Below are positions 56,849 through 64,000 of a stretch of DNA of 64,000 bases, piece after piece. The position numbers and the translations under genes were made by a program. The DNA is taken from the NCBI GenBank assembly GCA_964016885.1, contig CAXHJY010000277.1, positions 60,450 through 124,449 of the forward strand, written 5' to 3'. Below the pieces are notes generated by a model. It was given only the letters and a program-made list of their open reading frames with translations, was not told where the DNA came from and made no database searches. The stretch's first letter is position 1; each line of letters begins with the position of its first letter. The stretch is from Eledone cirrhosa. Lineage: Eukaryota.

Positions 56849-56904
56849 AGAGCGAGGGGGGGGGGGCAGAATAAGATAGTGACTAGAGGAAGAAAAATCG
56901 TGAA

Positions 56905-57282
56905 ATTCACGTGCAAATGGCTGAGCATTCCACAGACACGTGTACCCTTATTGCAGTTCTGAGGGATCTTCAGCATGTCTCAGTCAGTGACATGGCTGAG
57001 TATTCCACAGACACACACGTGTACCCTTGACGTAATTCTCAGGGAGATTCAGCGCACCACAGTGTGCGACAAGTTTGGCTCTTTGAATCAGAGGTAAATT
57101 CCAAAGACACGTGTACCTCTAACGTTATTGTTAGGCAGATTCTGTATGACAGTGTGTTGACAAGGCTGGTCATTTAAAACACAGCTACAGTTCAGTTTAT
57201 CTTACGAGGGTGGTCGATTAAATAAAGTACCAGTAATAAACTGGGATAATTGCTGGCCTTGTGCCAAACGTAGAAACAATTG
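56905..57282. mobile_element. SINE family C body fragments (triplicated) plus a SINE A 3' end
   Basis: attccacagacacgtgtaccctt...ttctcagggagattcagc repeated; SINE A tail at 57200-57282. Confidence 0.6.
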
Positions 57283-57299
57283 TGTTGTAAGTCTAAAGT

Positions 57300-57564
57300 C
57301 TGTCCCAAGAGGCTCCTCAGTTCAGTGTTTAACCCCTATTTCGTGCCATGAAGTGACAGAGTACATGACTCCCCCCTGGACAGGACACAAGTCCATCACA
57401 GTGTTAAACCCCCAGATATTACTGGTACTCATTTTTCAGCAGAGTATACTGGACCAACGTTAAATGAAGTGTTTTTTGCTCAAGTACACAACAGACAACC
57501 TAGCCCAGGAATCGAACCCACGACATTATGATTGTTAGACCAACACCCTTACCGCTAGGCCATG
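57300..57564 (-). mobile_element. tRNA-derived SINE with Nin/Deu-like central domain
   Basis: Minus-strand head tggcctagcggtaagg...gggttcgattcc; ctgtgatggacttgtgtcctgtccaggggggagt...cacttcatggcacgaaa resembles the Nin domain from recall. Confidence 0.6.
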
Positions 57565-57574
57565 TTGTAAGGGG

Positions 57575-57790
57575 CAGGGTATTTCACAGACACGTACCTT
57601 TAATGTAATTCTCAGGGAGATTCAGCATGACACAGTTAACCCTGTTAAATTACAGGTATAACTTATATTTTGTCAGCTCAGTTAACTAGAGCAACGTGAA
57701 ATAAAGAGACTTACCCAAGGACACAACGCATCCCTAGAAATCGAACTCACAACCTTAGGCTTGTAAGACGAACACCCTAACCCCTAAAGT
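57575..57790 (-). mobile_element. SINE family C
   Basis: B box gagttcgatttc on the minus strand, gcgttgtgtccttgg, tttcacgttgctc. Confidence 0.7.
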
Positions 57791-58084
57791 GTGTCATCCC
57801 TGTAATATATAACCTTGACCTACACACACACATACAAACATACACTCTCACACACACACACACATACAGACAGACACACTCTCACACACACACTCATACC
57901 TACAGTGAATGAGGTGAAGCCTATATAAATGGGCCTCGCCCCTCAACCTGCTAGAAATAGCAGCTAATTCTATCTTGATTGACTTCCTACTTTCTTACAC
58001 ATACAGTCAATGAAAAAGGGGTCAAGTGGTTTAAGAACCTGCTAGAAATAGCAGCCAAATCAATCTCATACCACACACTCCTTT

Positions 58085-58100
58085 ACCACCACCACCAACG

Positions 58101-58136
<36 letters not shown>

Positions 58137-58727
58137 CCACCAACACCACCAACACCACCCCACGACAACTCCACCAACACAACCACCACCAACAACAACA
58201 CCATCACAACACCACAACCACACACCACCAACACCAACAACACCATCACCAACACCACCAACACCACCAACAAAACCACCACCAACAACAACACAACACC
58301 ACAACCACCACCACCACAACACCAACACCACACCACCACCACAACACCACCACCACCACAACAAACAACATCACCAACACCACCACCAACACCACCACCA
58401 CAACACCACCACAACACAAACAACAACATCACCAACACCACAACACCACCACCTAAACACCACCACCACAACACCACCACCTCACCACCACAACACCACC
58501 ACCTCCAACACTACCACAACACCACCACCACACCACAACACCACCACCTCACCACAACACCACCAACACCACCACCGACAACACCACCACCACCGACAAC
58601 AACACCAACACCACCAACAATACCACCACCAACACCACCACCTCACCACCACCACACCACCACCACACCACCACCACAACACCACCACAACACCACCACA
58701 ACACCACCAACAACAACAACACCACTA
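58085..58727. repeat. (ACC/AAC)n repeat
   Basis: Directly visible. Confidence 0.9.
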
Positions 58728-58799
58728 ACAGTAAGGTGGTTTTATGAAATGACATAGGACTTACAACAGTCTGGCGTGGACTACTAATGTGACCTTGCT

Positions 58800-60245
58800 T
58801 AACACGTGTACATATATACAGCATAAACATACATGCACATTACTGCATATACATATATATATATACACAGTAACACGTATACATATATACAGCATAAACA
58901 TACATGCACATTACTGCATATACATATATATATATACACAGTAACACGTATACATATATACAGCATAAACATACATGCACATTACTACATATACATATAT
59001 ACACAGTAACACGTGTACATATATACAGCATAAACATACATGCACATTACTGCATATACATATATATATATACACAGTAACACGTATACATATATACAGC
59101 ATAAACATACATGCACATTACTGCATATACATATATATATATATACACAGTAACACGTATACATATATACAGCATAAACATACATGCACATTACTACATA
59201 TACATATATACACAGTAACACGTGTACATATATACAGCATAAACATACATGCACATTACTACATATATATATATACACAGTAACACGTATACATATATAC
59301 AGCAAACATACATGCACATTACTACATACATATATACACAGTAACACGTGTACATATATACAGCATAAACATACATGCACATTACTACATATATATATAT
59401 ATACACAATAACACGTGTACATATATACAGCATAAACATACATGCACATTACTACATATACATATATACACAATAACACGTATACATATATACAGCATAA
59501 ACATACATGCACATTACTACATATATATATATATACACAGTAACACGTATACATATATACAGCATAAACATACATGCACATTACTACATATACATATATA
59601 CACAGTAACACGTGTACATATATACAGCATAAACATACATGCACATTACTACATATATATATATATACACAGTAACACGTATACATATATACAGCATAAA
59701 CATACATGCACATTACTACATACATATATACACAGTAACACGTGTACATATATACAGCATAAACATACATGCACATTACTACATATATATATATACACAA
59801 TAACACGTGTACATATATACAGCATAAACATACATGCACATTACTACATATACATATATACACAGTAACACGTATACATATATACAGCATAAACATACAT
59901 GCACATTACTGCATATACATATATATATATACACAGTAACACGTATACATATATACAGCATAAACATACATGCACATTACTACATATATATATATATATA
60001 CGCAGTAACACGTATACATATATACAGCATAAACATACATGCACATTACTACATACATATATACATATATACACAGTAAAACGTGTACATATATACAGCA
60101 TAAACATACATGCACATTACTACATATACATATATACACAGTAACACGTATACATATATACAGCATAAACATACATGCACATTACTACATACATATATAC
60201 ACAGTAACACGTGTACATATATACAACAAAAACATACATGCACAA
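58800..60245. repeat. ~63-75-bp minisatellite, about 21 copies
   Basis: taacacgt[ag]tacatatatacagcataaacatacatgcacattact recurs. Confidence 0.95.
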
Positions 60246-60708
60246 AAACACACATACATACATACATAAAGATACAAACATATATACATATATATATACA
60301 TACCTCCGTACATATATACATATATATATATATACACATACGTACACATACATATATATATATAGACATACACACATACATATATACACAAATACATATA
60401 TACATACATACGCACATACACGTATATACACACATAGGCACAAACACATACATACATACATACACACACATGCACATAAATATTAACACGTGCACACAGC
60501 ATATATACACATGCACTACAAACGCACATACACACAAACATATACATACATACATATATATATATAAACATATACATACATATATAAACACACGAGGTGG
60601 AGCCTATATAAATGGTCCCTTAAACTGCTAAAAATAGCAGCCAAATCAAACCTATATTATACCCCCCCTTACACACACATATATATATATATACACACAC
60701 ATACACAT

Positions 60709-61715
60709 CAGCAATGAGCCCAGTGTCCTAAGTGGTCCCTCGAGCCTGCTAGAAATAGCAGCTAAATCAACCTCATCATACCCTCCGTTACCTACATACA
60801 CACATACATACATACACATATTCACACACATATATATATACACACATACAAACGCACATCAGCAATGAGCCCAGTGTCCTAATAGGTCCCCGAGCATGCT
60901 AGAAATAGCAGCCAAATCAACCTCATCATACCCTTCGTTACCTACACACATACATACATACATACATACATTCACACACACATATATATATATACACACA
61001 TACAAACGCACATCAGCAATGAGCCCAGTGTCCTAATAGGTCCCCGAGCATGCTAGAAATAGCAGCCAAATCAACCTCATCATACCCTTCGTTACCTACA
61101 CACATACATACATACATACATACATTCACACACACATATATATATATACACACATACAAACGCACATCAGCAATGAGCCCAGTGTCCTAATAGGTCCCCG
61201 AGCATGCTAGAAATAGCAGCCAAATCAACCTCATCATACCCTTCGTTACCTACACACATACATACATACATACATACATTCACACACACATATATATATA
61301 TACACACATACAAACGCACATCAGCAATGAGCCCAGTGTCCTAATAGGTCCCCGAGCATGCTAGAAATAGCAGCCAAATCAACCTCATCATACCCTTCGT
61401 TACCTACACACATACATACATACATACATACATTCACACACACATATATATATATACACACATACAAACGCACATCAGCAATGAGCCCTGTGTCCTAATA
61501 GGTCCCCGAGCCTGCTAGAAATAGCAGCCAAATCAACCTCATCATACCCTTCGTTACCTATATACACACATACATGCATACATTCACACATATATATATA
61601 TATATATATACACACATACATACGCACATCAGCAATGAGCCCAGTGTCCTAACTGGTCCCTCGAGCCTGCTAGAAATAGCAGTCAGATAAACGTCATACG
61701 ATACTCTCCCTTATC
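60709..61715. repeat. 154-bp tandem satellite, about 7 copies
   Basis: cagcaatgagccc at 60709, 60860, 61014, 61168, 61322, 61476 and 61630. Confidence 0.95.
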
Positions 61716-62049
61716 TATACATACGCATTCATACACACAACATCAACGAGGAAGAGGCCATCAAAGTGGTCGATCACACTGCTAGAAATAGCAGCCACAA
61801 CAATCACAAGTCACACTACCTTCTTATACATACATACATACACATACATACATACATACATACATGCACACATATATACACATACATACATCTATACATA
61901 CATAGATCAAATACATACACGCACATACATATATACATACAAATACAAACATACATACATACTTAAACAGACATACATACAAACATTACATACACACACC
62001 CACACATATGTACATATACATACATACACATATATACATACACACAGTC

Positions 62050-62752
62050 AACGAGAAGGGGTCATCAAATTGCTCAATGAAAGTGCTAGAAATAGCAGCT
62101 AAATCAACGTATATCACACACTACCTTCTTAAAAATTATGTCTTCCTAGATAGCTATTAAAAAATAAACAGGATGGTCACGATTGGAATACCTTTCATCA
62201 TATAGGTCTGCTTGACAGGCTGGACTTCCTAGGGTTAAACAACGCGAGGAACAACAAAGGGTGGTTAATTAGCCTGCTAGAAATAACAGCCAAGTAAATC
62301 TTAAACCTGGATATGGCACATTAGATAATCTAGGCATATATATATCAAAGAAAAATGATATTAAAATCGCCCGGATGGTCACGGATGGAATACATTTGAT
62401 CATATAGGTCTGTTTAAAGAGGCTTCACTTATTGGAAGCTAAACAGTAACAGGAACAACAACAGTTATAATCTAGGCATATATATTTTAAAATAAAAAAT
62501 AATTCGCCAGGATGGTCACGGATGGAATACATTTTATCATATAGGTCTGTTTAAAGAGGCTTCACTTATTGGGAACTAAACAGTAATAACAGCAGCAGCA
62601 TCAACAGTTATAATCTAGGCATATATATTTTAAAATAAAAAATAATTCGCCAGGATGGTCACGGATGGAATACATTTTATCATATAGGTCTGTTTAAAGA
62701 GGCTTCAATTATTGGGAACTAAACAGTACCAACAGCAGCATCAACAGTAACA
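62050..62752 (+). repeat. Dispersed-repeat 3' end with a ~135-bp triplication
   Basis: ggatggtcacg.a.tggaata..ttt.atcatataggtctg occurs 4 times, followed by aac/agc-rich tails. Confidence 0.7.
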
Positions 62753-62956
62753 ACCTGACATGAAAGTATTTTAAAAAAAGATCACATTCTCACACCCACA
62801 AAATCGTTATCAAGGACCTGTGATGTGTTAAGACTTTAACGTAAGTAATTATTACTTAATTGCTGCTTTTAAATGATACCATTTCTAAATAGTGCCACTT
62901 ATTAAATCATAGAAAGGGTGGTGAGGGTGGAGAGAGAAGTGCTGGCCCTCAGTATG

Positions 62957-62991
<35 letters not shown>

Positions 62992-62992
62992 G

Positions 62993-63122
62993 AAAAGTAT
63001 TGAGTACTCTGGTGCCTTATAGTCCATTTGGTTCTTTGCCACATGTGATATATATATAAATTAAAAGTATTGAGTACTCTGGTGTGTTATGGTTCATCTG
63101 GTTCCTTGCCTAATCTGCTTCG

Positions 63123-63162
<40 letters not shown>

Positions 63163-63348
63163 CGAAGCATATGTGGTGAGGAACCAAATGGACCATAACG
63201 CAACAGAGTACTCAATACTTAGGGTAGTAGAGTGGGTAATAGGAAAAAGTATGACCCCGAGAGCTCGAGCCGTTTCGACGGCTATTTCTGACCAGAAATA
63301 GCCGTCGAAAGGGTTGAGCTCTGCCGTCGTGGTCATGCTTTTTCCTAT
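62993..63348. mobile_element. Family X cluster: two tail fragments (+) and one fold-back copy (63161-63348)
   Basis: ccgtttcgacggctatttctg ac cagaaatagccgtcgaaa axis at ~63291. Confidence 0.8.
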
Positions 63349-63527
63349 CTCTCTCTCTCTATATATATATATATATAGATGTTCTTTGGTTTCTTTTACA
63401 TATAACGGCTCTGTTCTTGTACATTGAGCTAACCACAATACTGTCATAATACAACACGGTGCATGTGTATTTATGCACTTTAGCTCTGTGCTATACTTAA
63501 ATAAATAAATAAATAAATATATACATA

Positions 63528-63660
63528 TATGAGAGACGTAAAATAAGAAAATTAAAAAAAAAAAATTAAAAATTAACTTACTTACTAAAATTAGAAATTT
63601 TAGTAAGTAACTTAATTTTTAATTTTTTTTTTTTTATTTTCTTATTTTACGTCTCTCATA
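63528..63660. repeat. AT-rich palindrome with ~62-bp arms
   Basis: tatgagagacgtaaaataagaaaa... / ...ttttcttattttacgtctctcata. Confidence 0.8.
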
Positions 63661-63769
63661 ATTGTTCTGCATCCTCCTGCATTGAACCACCTAGGTACTA
63701 TGACATAACTTATGTATTTGCTAGCATTAGTGTACATATGTACGCATATGTTGGTAGATATACTAATTC

Positions 63770-63845
<76 letters not shown>

Positions 63846-64000
63846 AAACTTCTATTTAAATTGTTGGGATACAACAAGCAAATATTTTTATAACTGATAT
63901 AAAGCACTCAACAAATAATTGGAGTAAAGATACAATATTAACGAATGGAAACTATATTTATAAAACCATATTTATTTCATTATACATATTTCAAGGACAC
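63846..64000 (-). mobile_element. Family V element, non-inverted, with the hammerhead 3' half at the window edge
   Basis: Minus strand: gtgtcctt GAAA tatgta TA atgaaataaatatgg, identical to 51956-51990. Confidence 0.8.

Overview
Repeat-saturated, AT-rich animal genomic DNA, most likely octopus/cephalopod (inferred from the SINE families and the extreme microsatellite load). I cannot identify a host protein-coding gene, and almost all of the ORF track is translated microsatellite. Four things are supportable. (1) Six 5'-truncated L1/Tx1-type LINE copies lie in two head-to-tail clusters, all on the minus strand and embedded in (GATA)n/(GACA)n tracts; one keeps an open RT plus zinc-knuckle ORF. 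(2) Many tRNA-derived SINEs of at least four families are present. (3) There are several minisatellites and ~150-bp satellites. (4) Most striking is a dense population of short, non-coding fold-back elements inserted in (TA)n tracts. They belong to many unrelated families and carry type I hammerhead ribozyme motifs (about 12 with an intact or near-intact core, plus degenerate or half copies), with compensatory stem changes between families, family-fixed arm ends and one-sided tails. They are best read as remnants of microsatellite-targeting Penelope-like retroelement pseudo-LTRs or retrozyme-like elements. All structures were folded by eye; coordinates are approximate to a few bases.
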